Of a DNA stretch of 59,958 nucleotides, positions 24,351 through 36,740 are shown piece by piece. Each line of letters starts with the position of its first letter. Positions within the stretch are counted from its first letter, which is position 1. A program made the translations under genes and the position numbers. Below the pieces are notes generated by a model, which saw only the letters and a program-made list of their open reading frames with translations, was not told the DNA's origin and ran no database searches. This DNA is from Octopus bimaculoides. Lineage: Eukaryota. The stretch spans positions 39,771,193 to 39,831,150 of the forward strand of contig NC_068987.1 of the NCBI RefSeq assembly GCF_001194135.2. The letters run 5' to 3'.

Positions 24351-26228
24351 GTTGAATTAAAAAAAAACATTATGGTTGTTAAGGATATATATCTGTCATC
24401 TTGTTTTAATTAACATAACTGGGATGATATTTTTTAACACCCACATTTCTATGCTGACATGGATTGGTTGGAATTTTTTAAGACAGATTTTCTATGGCCA
24501 GATACCCTTCTTATCACCCACCCCCACCCCCGTTTAGAAGTAGGGTAATGTTTCCTGAAGACCAGAAATGTCTTGAAAGATTGGAAATGAAGGACACTGC
24601 TTGAATGTTGGTGACACTTGTTTACAACTATCACACCATGTCAAGGAAAGGAGATAGTAACACACACACACACAACAGGCATCTTTCAGTTTCCATCTAT
24701 CAAATCCATTCACAAAAGTTTGGTTGGCCAGGGGCTATAGTAGAAGACACTCATTCAAGGTGTCATGCAGTGGGACTAAACCTGAAATCATGTGGTTATG
24801 AAGTAAACTTCTGATCACACAGCCAAGCCTGTGCCTATTATTTCTAAGGATAAGCTATAAGTCTATTCCAGAAAATAACAATACTACAATTATAAAATAT
24901 TCTTTGGGTATTCACACACTGCATTTAGCTTTGATAATTTTTCTGCTTATTTTTCCAGATGTATCTAGTCGTATTTCATAGATCATGAATATGCTAATCA
25001 AGATATATGGTGATGATTATATATATATATATATATATAGTGAATATGATATGATAACAATGATTTGTAAAATAGACACAAAGTCACACAAAAAATTTTG
25101 GGAGAGAACAGCCAAGAAATTTTATAAAATGCAGTACATGATAGAAGGACAAAAGGCAAAGTTAACCTTGGCGAGATGTGAAATCAAAATGTAAAGGGAT
25201 AGAACAAGATATCACTAGTATTTCATTCACTCTCAACCAATTATATCATTTGACACTCTCATAATAATAATTGTTTCTAATGTAAACACAAGATCAAACA
25301 TTTCTCATTACAGTGACTCCAGTGTTTGACTGTTACTTTATTATATCAAACTTGAAAGGATGAAAAGCAAAAGTGACCCTGGCAGAATTTGAACTCAGAA
25401 TGTAAAGAGCTGGAAGAACTACTACAAGGCATTAAGACTAACACTCTAATGATTCAGCCAATCAACCACCATTCATAATAATTCTCTAATAAACTTCGTC
25501 ATCTTTAATATAAATATTTAGTAATTTCTCTTTTGTCTATTTCATTGTTTACCTAATTTCTTTGCTCTGTAGTAGAACTAATGAAGAGGGACATGAGTTT
25601 AATTCCTTTCAAGTAGGAAAATACACAACAATTAAGAATAGGTGCAAAGAATTATTGGGGAATGTTATCTGAGATGTTACGTGAATGTTATCTATCCTGT
25701 AAAGAAATTGAAGTCTCCTCAACTTAATGAGATTTGAAGAATCAATACTTAAAGCCAATCACAGTTTAGAAAGTATTGCCTTTTTTTTTAATACTTATAT
25801 TTGATACATTTGTCTGTCCTTCTCTCCTGATATCTAGGTATTATATATATATATACATTTCCCTCTCGTTACAACCTAAACACAGCATTCTTTCTGGACT
25901 GCTATTTATGTCTCTTATTCTCTCAAGTCATTATCAAATAGCAATTAAAATTAAGCAAGGGTCACATTAAGCAAAGCAAAAGAACCTCATTACTATCATA
26001 ATCCCTTAATCTAGGGAAATGTAGGTAGTTCATAAGTACTCTTCTTTTCACCTTCAGATTTAAAATATTCAATAGACATTAAAAGTTTTAAAATATCCAT
26101 CTTTGAAGTCCTACAATTTGTTCATACAAATGACATCACAGTCAAAGCCATTAATGCGTGGCCAAACAAATGAAGGTATCATGAGAGAGTAATCAAACTT
26201 TGTATCAATAGAAATTGCTATACAATAC

Positions 26229-26295
26229 CTTACTAACAGCCTGAAGACAGTCAAGTAAATGGAGATCAAAACTGTTTGATCCAAAGGAAGCATCT
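26229..26295 (-). CDS. CDC14: CDC14 internal coding exon (67 bp, phase 2/0)
   Basis: ttttctttcag|A GAT...AAG|gtattg. Translates (R)DASFGSNSFDLHLLDCLQAVSK, and the first base completes the AG-A codon left by the previous exon. Confidence 0.96.
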
Positions 26296-26387
26296 CTGAA
26301 AGAAAACAATGACAGAAAGAAATGAAAAAATAAAGAAAATAAGACATAAATCTTTTAATCAAGGAAAACAAAATAATGACTGTTGGC

Positions 26388-26580
26388 CTTCGTGCTGGTG
26401 GCACGTAAAAGCACCCACTACACTCTTTGAGTGGTTGGCATTAGGAAGGGCATCCAGCTGTAGAAACTCTGCCAAATCAGATTGGAGCCTGGTGTAGCCA
26501 TCTGGTTTCACCAGTCCTCAATCAAATTGTCCAACCCATGCTAGCATGGAAAACGGATGTTAAACGATGATGATGATGAT
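26388..26580 (+). mobile_element. Short RTE 3'-tail copy or RTE-tailed SINE
   Basis: ggtggcacgtaaaagcacccactacactc...ggaagggcatccagctgtagaaactc...gttaaacgatgatgatg. Confidence 0.85.
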
Positions 26581-27688
26581 ATCATTAAAATGTCCAATAC
26601 AATAATTGAATTATAATTAACACACATGGCTACTTTATATATCACATGGAAATATACTGTAGCAGAAGCAAGATCACTCTTGAACTTTAGCTACCTACAT
26701 TGTGGCTTGTTACTTTTAGCTACCCATTTTGGTTCACCACATGATGATCAGGTCCATTTAGCTTTGCTTGGACTGTCCACCCTTTAATGTGATGGACTAA
26801 CCTAGCATCTGTACCTCAGCTATAAAATGAGAGGATTTTGCCCATTAATTCCAGAGAGAGGTGAGTTTTTGCTGAGTGGTTTTGGATCTTTGATATGAGA
26901 GCAGTTTGATTCCACTTTGCAGCTTCAGCTTGAACAGAATTGTAACTGGAATCCTTGAAGCGATGTTTCATGCTTTTCCAACATTTGAACATAATTGTAA
27001 CAAGGACTTTTGATCTGATGCTTCAAGTTTTTCTAACCTTTTCTCTTCGTTTTTATGAGCATTTAAATCTAAACAATGTATTAACAATTATTAATGTTCT
27101 ACCAGTTTGCTGTATATAATTTTAGCAACAGTAATAAATGTTTCAGTGTGGTCAATTGTAAGTTGCCTTTGCATTTGTTTATTTATATCTGTCCTGACTT
27201 CATTTAACAGAAGAACTAAAACTGCATTTCATACAACAACCACACCTTCATTCGCTAAAAATTGGTTATCTCGACATAAGATCAACGAAGCCATAGAACA
27301 TTTTTGCAGAAATATAGGCAACCAACGTTTTGCAGAAATATAGGCAACCAACGTTTTGCAGAAGAAAAAAATTCGTCCAGCTACCAAAGTAATCCGTTCA
27401 ACTATAGGCACAAGGCCAGAAATTTGTGGGGAGGGGTCTAGTCGATTACACTGCATAACTGGTACTAGTCAATTACAGTGCATAACTGGTACTTATTTAA
27501 TCAACCCTGAAACGATGAAAGGCAAAGTCAACCATGGCGAAATTTGAACTCAGAACATAAGGACAGACAAAATGCCACTAAGTAATGCCATCACTTTAGT
27601 GATGCATATAAAGGTCTTAAATATTTTTTAACAGCGAAACTGGTAACATTTGGCAATTAATTCTGGTTTACATGTTAATTCTGGTTTA

Positions 27689-30600
27689 CCCTGGTTCCCA
27701 AATTTTTTCAAAATTTTCATTCAACAGACCTTCTTCCATTTTTTCAAGGCTTCATGAACCCCCACCCCTTCCCTAAAATGAAAAATAAGAGATGAACAAA
27801 GCAAAATGACCTTGCATAAAATAATTTTTCATGAAATAAAATTTTACAGATAAAATATAAAATTTCAATGAGACGGGGGAACTTGTTTGGTCTGTAATAT
27901 ATCCTCAATATTAGGCTGCATTTTTGATAATGCAATCCTCATGTCATGTGCAACATCCAGTTTACTGTGTGCCTTTGTTTTAATTGTGAGCAAAGTTGCA
28001 AAACCTGTCTCACATTCGTACATTGTTGCAAATGGAACAATGAATTTCAGGGCCAATTTGGTGACATCTGGATAGGACTGCATCATTTCAATCCAGAATT
28101 CACTGCAATACATGTTACGGAAGGCGTTTTTTGCACCTCCATCATTCAGCAAGTCAATGAACTGTTCTTGAATGACGTAATCTTCTGACGGAAGGTCAAC
28201 AACAGAGATTGCAAAGGGATTGGTGATGAAACGATGAACATTTTTGCAGTTTTGTAGGTCGGTGAAATCTCGTTGAATTTCAGCATGAAGAATTAAGACA
28301 TGCTGTTTCATTATGTCGAGGATGTCAGCAACAACTTGAAGGCCATCTTCATCAAGGAAAATATTGAGGTTCAGAAATGGTGTAAAATTCTCACATTCCA
28401 ATTTAGAATCCCACAAACAGAGCTTCATTTTAAATGCAGTCATTTTTCATGACAGTGGACAACAGTGATGTCCTTTCCTTGTAGTGCTAAGTTAACAGAA
28501 TTAACTGATTCAAAAATGTTGACCACAAAGGAGAGACATATAAGGAACCAAGTATTGGAGAATATGTCTGTGCAGTTCTATTTTAGCACCATGAAGAAAT
28601 TTGTGTAACTCCTTTTGTAGAATAAAGGCTCTTTTCAGTACTCTCCCCTTGGATAACCACCTCACATGCAAATACAGTAAAAGTGTTTCAAAATCAGAAC
28701 CATCGTCCTTGCACAAGTCTGCAAAAAGATGCGAGTTTAGAGAATTAGTTTTGATAAAATTTACTGCTCTGACCACATCATTCAAAACATTCTTCAAATG
28801 ATCAGGCATTGTTTTAACCATCAATGTTTGGCAATGAAGTGTATGATGTGTACCAATTGCATTAGGAGACTTCTAATTCACCATTGCTTGAAAGCCAGAA
28901 CAGCAACCAAGCATTGCTGGAACACCGTTGGGCCACACGCAAACAACATGCTCCCAGTTTATGAATTGTTAAAGAACACGCCAACAACATACCCCCAGTC
29001 ATGAATTGTTAAAGAATTGATCCACTTTCTGAAATATGTCGTTTGCAGTGGTTCCGGTGTTGAGGCTTTCACAAAAAAGGAATTCATCTTCCAGGTGCTT
29101 GTTATGCATCTAACGTACACAAACACAAAGTTGTGCTAAATCTGCCACATCAGTGGTTTCATGAATTTGGATGATGACATAGTTAAACATTGATGTTTTT
29201 ATCTTTGAGATAACTTGAGGCAAAATATTATCAGCCATCTCAGCGATTCGTCAACTGATGGTGTTGTTGGAAAGTAAAACAAGTTTGAGCTCCTGTAGTT
29301 CCGAGCATGAGTGAGATTATATCTTTGCAGGAAGGAAGAACTAACTGCTCTCCCATGTTATGAGGTTTTTTTTTTGAAGCAGCAATTTTCCTTGAAACCT
29401 TGTAGGAGTCTTTCAGACCAGCCGCAGTGTGCTGCATACATATTCTTGTGTCATCAAGCCTGGATTTGACCAATCTAGCAGCAGTAATTAAACAGATCAA
29501 GTGATGTTGTTGAAACGAAAAGGAGGGAGTATGAGAGAGTGAGACAGCTGTATCATTGGTGAATTCCATAGCTGTCTGTCTATGATAGTACTTCTGTGTG
29601 TTGATGGTCAGGATCTCTCTGTCTATCATTCTCACTCACTGCCTTTTCCTTACAGAATGCTCATATGTATAATTATGTAGACTAGCTAGGAAAATGGGTA
29701 TACCATTATAACTATAGCTAAATTAATGTAGGTCAAATTCTAAACAAAGGGCTGACCTTTCCTTGACCAGCACTGGTCAAGTGTCAAGTGGAGAACACAT
29801 AGCTCATCCTTCCCTTTTGACAGGACAATAGGCTGTATGGCTAGGGAGAATTTCCAGATTTGGTTTCAAATCTCAAACAGGCAGGGCTAAATGAGGTCCT
29901 ACACTACTCCCCCACTAGAGAATTTCGAAAAAAAGAAACAATCTAGGAAAGAATGCATGCATACAAATATGCATTTTAGAACAAGCAAAGTGAAAGGTAT
30001 TTCATTGTTGGAGAGTGTGTATAACTGGGTGCATGCAAAGAAAGGGATTGCAGACATTCAAAAAGAAAACCTGTAGCAAAAACCATGCAATAAAAACAGG
30101 TGAACAATGCATGTGCATGAAATGTGTATTGCCAGTGGCCAATGAGAAAAAATATAAAACATTCAAAAACATATGCATATGAATTTAGTTGTCTTCATGG
30201 AATTGAGTCTTTACGGAATTGAGTATTCAGGGAATTGAATGTGCTACTTATAAACAAATAAAATGCATGCAAAGCAGAAACCATAGTAAACAGTACAAAA
30301 TGTTTAAACAAAAGGAGTACAAATTTGGCTGGCAGGAATGTATAAAAACAATCAAAATGTATTCTATGTATTGAAAGTTATATTTTCATGTAAAAGGATA
30401 GATAGTGTTGGACTTACTTATTCCCTTTCATTCTAGCAGCCATAACTAAATAGATCAAGTGATGTTGTCAAAAGTGAGTGAGTAAGAAAGGTAAGAGAGT
30501 GGTGGACAGGACAACTGTATTGCTGGTGGATTCCAGAGCTGTATTTCTATGACCTTCTGTTGAGATGGTATTTCGTTTGTGCCAGTCAGCCTGCCCTCTG

Positions 30601-31873
30601 TCAGTCAGTCTCACTCATTGCTTTTTCCTTACAAAATGCTGGTATTTGTAATTGTGCAGACTAGCTAGGAAGATGGATATACCGTTATAACAATGGCTAA
30701 ATTAATGTCGGTCAAACTTTGTTTATCTAAACTTTCAATGGTATACCAAGGTCCTGGGACAATTGGAAAATGCATAGTCAGAATTCCCTTTTGACAGGAC
30801 AATAGGCCATATGGCTAGGTAGAATTTCTAGATTTGGTCTCGAATCTCAAGCAGGCAGGGCCAAATGAGGTCCTACACTACTTCCCCGCTAGAGAGTTTC
30901 TAAAAAAAGAAACGAACAATCTAGGAAAGAATGCATGCATGCATACAAATATGCATTTTCAGACAAGCAAAGTGAAAAGTATTTTGTTGTTGGTGAATGT
31001 GTATAACTGGGTGTGTGTGAAGAAAGAAATTGCAGACATTCAAAAGGAGAACCTTTGCAATAAAAACAGGTGAACAATGCGTGTGCATGAAATGTGTAAT
31101 GCTAGTGGCCAACGAGAAAAATTATTATAAAAATATAGAACATTCAAAAACATACACATCTGAATTTAGTTGTCTTTGTGAAATTGAGAATTTACAGAAT
31201 TGAGTATTTGCAGAACTGAGTGTGCTACTTATAAACAAATAGAATGCATGCAAAGCAGAAAGCGTAGTAACCAGTACAAAATATTTTAACAATAGGAGTA
31301 CAAACTTGGCTGGCAGGAGTGCCCTGATTCTGAAATGCTAAAAATTTATAATTGAAATGCAAGAAAATATGTGCATGTGGAGAAAAGCTCTAGTGTCCAA
31401 TAGTCTGGGTGTACAACAGTTTGAGTGGCATGCAGGTTAAATGCAGGATTTGAGCAAAAAGTCTGTGACTGCCGAAAAAGTTGCACATGTTGACTTCCAT
31501 TTGAATCTATACAATGTATTGACAATTATTAATGTTCTATCAGTTTGCTGTATCTCATTTTAGCATTGGTAATGAATGTTTCAGTGCAATCAATTGTAAA
31601 TTGCCTTTACATTTGTTTATTTATATCTATCCTGACTTCATTTAACAGAAGACATTACATTATCAGACCTTAAACCACATTTCATACAACAACCACTCCT
31701 TCATTCACTAAAATACAGAGATCTTTCAATTTGCACAAACAAGAAATCCTTCAATTTGCACATAAATTTCAGATCTTCTTCTCAGAGAAAAGTCTTTTTT
31801 TTTTTTTTTATAAACTTTGAGACATACTTAAAAAGTAAAGGCATTGGACAGCAATTGTAGGTTGGGACCACAC
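27689..31873 (-). mobile_element. Decayed hAT transposon of the Charlie/Buster (ZBED5/SCAND3-like) type
   Basis: Transposase pieces at 27865-28443 (FWIEMMQSYPDVTKLALKFIVPFATMYECETGFATLLTIKTKAHSKLDV), 28510-28824 (LLLYLHVRWLSKGRVLKR) and 29240-29480 (LKDSYKVSRKIAASKKKPHNMGEQLVLP). Candidate TIRs are ccctggttcccaaa at 27689 and aggttgggaccacac near 31859-31873. The right boundary is tentative. Confidence 0.85.
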
Positions 31874-32239
31874 TAACTGTATTATTAGCAATTATAAGTC
31901 ACACTTACACTGTTATAGTCACTACTACATATATTATCAGTGACTATACATTATTACTGTCACTTATATATTTTATCAGTGACTTTATACAGGTGAATAC
32001 CACATGAGATTTTGATCAATGATCTACTATCAACAATAAGTGTTTTAAGCTAAAACAAAAGGCTTGATATTGGAGATGGCTGGTGTTAGTTGATACCATT
32101 TACCTTCAGTATTTGAGCTACCCTTCCTTTTATTAATTCTTTCAAGATAAACTCCAAAGTTAATCTTGATAGGATTTGAGACTGAACAAATGCACAACCA
32201 ATCCACTACCCTAAAATTCAGCTGATCCAGTACCACCAC

Positions 32240-32720
32240 TATTACCAGTTAAGTACTGGAGCCATTGCCTCCAGTACTTAACTGCTACTCTATTTTACTG
32301 AACCAAGAAGGAAGAAAGGCAAAATTGGCCTCAGTGATTTCAACTCAGAACATAAAGAGCTAAAAGAAATGCCATATTGCATTTTGTCCAACACTGAAAC
32401 ATTCTGGCAATCCTTATTAGAGTAATAATAATTCTTTCTAATTTTAGCACAAGGCCAGCAATTTTAAGAAGAGTGGGTTAGTTGGTACCATTGACCCTAG
32501 TAGTTGACTCGTACTTTATTTTATCAACCCTGAAAGGATGAAAGGTAAAGTTGATCTAGGCACAAGGCCAACAATTACGAGGGGGATGAGTTAACTGATA
32601 CTCTCATCCCCAGTATTTCATTGCTACTTTACATTTTATCAACCCTGAAAAGATGAAAGGCAAAATTGGCTTTGGCAGGATTAGAACTCAGAAACATGAT
32701 GAAAAAATACTGCAAAGTAT
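32240..32720 (-). mobile_element. Cluster of three partial family A SINEs in the same orientation
   Basis: Repeated gaaag(g/a)tgaaagg(c/t)aaa...aactcagaa blocks near 32310, 32535 and 32650. Further single copies at about 25272-25472, 27405-27585 and 44325-44470. Confidence 0.7.
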
Positions 32721-33233
32721 TTTTCTGATACTCTATTTTGACAGTTCAAGGAGGAGGGGGAAATGATGATAATGATTAGACATCACTGATGCTCTACTTG
32801 AGCTCTACTGTTAAAATTAGTTGTTTGTTACATCTCTTAGGCTTTGCTGTTGTTGTTCAGTCTTGGGTCAGCTCTGATTGAGCAGATCTAAGCTCAAAGG
32901 CATTCCAGCAATGACCACCCCTATTTTTTTTTTTATATCTGAACTACATTGTCCAATATGATATACTTTTTTCTTAACATGATAGAACAGAACTTAACAG
33001 CACAAGAATAACAATATATTTTTTGTTTCACAAACAATTTGACAGCACTATATAACTATCAACCCTTTTGATACCAACCTGTCTGAGACCACCACTATAT
33101 TTGCAATAATTTATATTTAAAACACTAGCTTAATAACGGTGTAAATTTTGGTAGTGGCAGTGGTGATGATGGTGATGATGATGACACTGATGATAATGAT
33201 AATGATCTATTCCAAATTTTTATAAGAACTTAC

Positions 33234-33316
33234 CTGAATGGAATAAATGCAGGATTCGAACTGTTGCTAACTAAAGGTTTATATGCTTCTTCTGGTGTCA
33301 TCTTCAGATATATAAT
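33234..33316 (-). CDS. CDC14: CDC14 internal coding exon (83 bp, phase 0/2)
   Basis: cctgtag|ATT...TTC AG|gtaagt. Translates IIYLKMTPEEAYKPLVSNSSNPAFIPF(R), compare CDC14A [27 protein letters not shown]. Confidence 0.96.
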
Positions 33317-35982
33317 CTACAGGTTAAGATAAAGGAAAAAGAAAGATTAAATTGATTACAATAACTTCGGTGGGGGGGGGGGTGCAGGGAGGTCTAGCAT
33401 ATTTGATATGATAAAACAAAAGTCTAATTAATTAGAATAACGTCCTTAATAAAGAGCAAAAATCATTAGCTTTAATGATTAACTCTTGTGAAGGAAGTCA
33501 AGGAGGACAATTCTAAAATCCAAATTAAAAGATGAAAGAAAGCATGCTATTTGGTAAGACTTCCTTATTGAGCCAGATCATAGAATGAATGTCAAAATAT
33601 ATAGCGTTTGAGAGAAAAAACATTCACTGATTTGGTAATTTAAAACAGCGGGCTGGTAACATTTTTCCAGGGAAACCTTCCACCTGAAAAGCACTTAGTT
33701 AAGTGAGGGCTACCATTTACTGTAATGAGTTCCAAATTCTTTTTTAATTAATTTGAATTATGTTTTGGTCTCAGACATTTGTAACATGCCAGGATTGTCA
33801 CCATATCTACCAAAAATAACTCATACTTCATGGCATCTTCTACACCCCATTCAATGCCTTGTGTGTTGAATTTAGTCAACAGAAACTATGTAGAAGTCCA
33901 TCTTATATATGTATATGTGTGTGAGTGTGTATGCATGTATGTTCTTTTCTATTTTTAGTTATTTGAAATCTTCCCAATTTCTAACAAACATACAAATTTC
34001 CATCACTGGAATGTTGATAACAAAAACAAATTCACATTTCAAATTTGAGAAAAGTCTTGCATATTTTTACTGTTCCACTTACAGAATGTAATTGTAATGT
34101 ATGAATTAGCTGGTTGATTTCTTTTTCTGAAGATCCTAGATTACTCAGATTGTCACTTAGGTAATTTACTGACAAAACTAAGTGTACTAATTATTATTGG
34201 CATAAATATGAATTTATAATCTGAGTATAGCAGCTGGATTTTTGGAAGCAATTCTTCATAGTTATCTTCTTTCTCTTTGATTTTCAAATAGATATTCACA
34301 TCATCAGGACAGCTGACCTCTGTAACAATTCATACTTTTTCTTATCTGTCCCTAACAACAAAATCTGGCCTGAAAGAAGTTTTGATGGAATATTCTACCA
34401 ATTTTCTTTGTGTAGATAACAAGGGGATGGGTTATATTTTTTATACAACATTCTTTTTTATCAAATGTGGAAGGTGTACCTCTCAGTTGGAGGTGTGAAA
34501 AGATATGTTAAGAGAATACACACAGTGGCACCTGTTTCTCCTGCCAGCCAGCACAGCTGTGCAGTATGTAATAAAATGTGTAAAACTTTGGCTGGGCTTA
34601 AAAGTCATATAAGGGCATCAATAATGAATAATTTCAGTAAGTCTTTTTGGCAATGGCTTTTCTCGTGTAATGGGGGTGCAGCTAAGATGTACATACAGAC
34701 ATACACACATACATATGAGATCAGGGCAGACAGCCTTTGAATGCATATACTCTCTCTCTCATACAGCACCTGCTAAGCAACAGCAAGGAAAAGAAATACA
34801 TACAAGCAGTTTGGCAAAAGCAACTGAGGGAGTAAGTACAAGACTTTAAAAAAAATAAGTAGTTGGATCACTTTATATAAAATAAACCCTTTGAAGTAGT
34901 ATCTGGCATGACACAAGCAATGAAACAAATAAAAAATAAAAAGATACATAGTGCAAACAGATTCCTGTTAGATATAGGCCATCTTTGATTTCACTTGTGT
35001 GTTAAATATAGACACAACTTATCAATCTCATTACTTTTTGCTACATATCATTTAGCATTAAAAAGTGTCTTTAGAAGCTTGTCAGTTGCACTAAAATACC
35101 AATTCAATGACATTTATTTCAGAAATAAACTCTCAAGAAAATGTTGTTTTTTTTTTACATTTTTTTTTACATTTTTTTTTACATTTTTTTTTCTTATTGG
35201 TTCATGCAAATACATAAACCTAAATATTTTCTTAAGAGTTCTTCAGCCTGTTTGTACCTATTTCCTTTTTGACTAGATTAAAACCTCAGAAAAGAGTTTA
35301 ATCTAACTATTAAATCATACTAAATTAATATAACAAAAACTAAAATAAAGTAAAGATTTGCTAAATCTCCAAAAGTCTCTGTGAGGTCTCTTGGACTGTT
35401 GCAGTTTTATGACAGTACTTTTTTTTGAATAAGTTTTTGGTACCATTCCTCACAGCTAACAGAATTGAGACAATATAAAACAACATATTTGACCCAGAAG
35501 GCACAACAAAATGCAAAGAGTGGATATATTATTTAGAATAATTTACCTCTGAGTGAAAGACAAATTAGTGTTAAGAGACACCAGATGATTCACAAATTCC
35601 TTTAGCGTTTAAATGATGTATGAATATTTATGTTTTATTTAGTTACAATGTCTTTATATACATTTTTAATACTGTTTTTGATATTTTGCTGTGAATGTCT
35701 TTTGATATATACAATTTAGAAAAATATTGTTATGAAAACACAAGAGATATTCATTGTTCAAAACAGTGACACAATATAATGGTAATCCTGTTCAAATGTC
35801 CAACAATACCTAATTCAATTACCTCAGGTTACTGAATGTAATAGTGAGGTGAGTACGGCTGGGGTAAGGAGGTAGGGATGTGAGAGAGAGAGGGGGAAAG
35901 AAAGAGAGAGAGAAAAAAGAAACATATTAAGAACCTGACTTAGCTTCCTCTAACTTTGGTTGTTAACCAATTTATATTAATG

Positions 35983-36740
35983 ACAAGCAGAGGCACCCGG
36001 CGTTGCTCGGGAATGAAATTGTTGCTTATATACTTGAAGAAAAAAAAGCAAAATATGCTGCATAGAAATTTGAGGACATTCTGTAGATGGACTCTCAGAT
36101 GAATGATGGCTGGGCGCCTCTCATGAATGGGGAAAATTGAAGATATGCCAAAAAGCCTCATTGGTACTTGGAAACTTTTACGAAAATTAAAATGGGGATT
36201 AAATGAAAAAAATGATTTACGTGAATATCTTCAGAAGAGTAATTGAAATAAATGGCGATTGTGGAACCCCCCCACGCACATGCGCGCGCATACACACGTG
36301 TGTCTTTGTAAATATGTTTGTATACATTTATGTATGTGTGTGTTTGTAAGATAAAGAGTGTGAGTGAGTCAAGGGGTATGTGTGTGCGTGTGTATGTGTG
36401 TGAGACAGAGTGAGAGAGCGGTGTGTATGTAGTATTTACTCTCTCTCTCTCTCTCTCTCATACACACGAACACACACACGAACACACAAAATAGAGAGTG
36501 AAGCTTTCTGCAGTTGTTACGTCAATACCGGAAGTTGACATTGAGGAACCTTTTTAAAGAAGTGAATCTTAAATATAAAGCAATATTATTTATTTTTAAT
36601 TAAAAAAATCAAATGAAGAGCCTAAGATTTATCCGAGGTCAAATTATTCATGCATTACAAGTATGGAAGCATTTGGTGAAGTCGATTTCACGTGAAAAGC
36701 GATTACAAACACATCTCTGTTTTATATATAGTATAGATAA
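35983..36740 (+). mobile_element. Possible non-autonomous Helitron/Helentron-like element
   Basis: Starts agcagaggcacccggcgttgctcggg (GC-rich subterminal inverted motif), has internal microsatellites and ends ttttatatatagtatagat, an architecture like DINE-1/Lep1-type rolling-circle elements. No coding support. Confidence 0.4.

Noticed and set aside
27301-27362. Short direct repeats considered as a CRISPR-like array (also 11394-11459)
   Set aside because: The repeats are contiguous with no spacers, there are only two copies, the context is eukaryotic and there are no cas genes.
27865-28443. 192-aa hAT ORF considered as a domesticated ZBED/FAM200-like host gene
   Set aside because: The upstream transposase is broken by frameshifts and stops, and a TIR-like end is present, so it is a decayed transposon.
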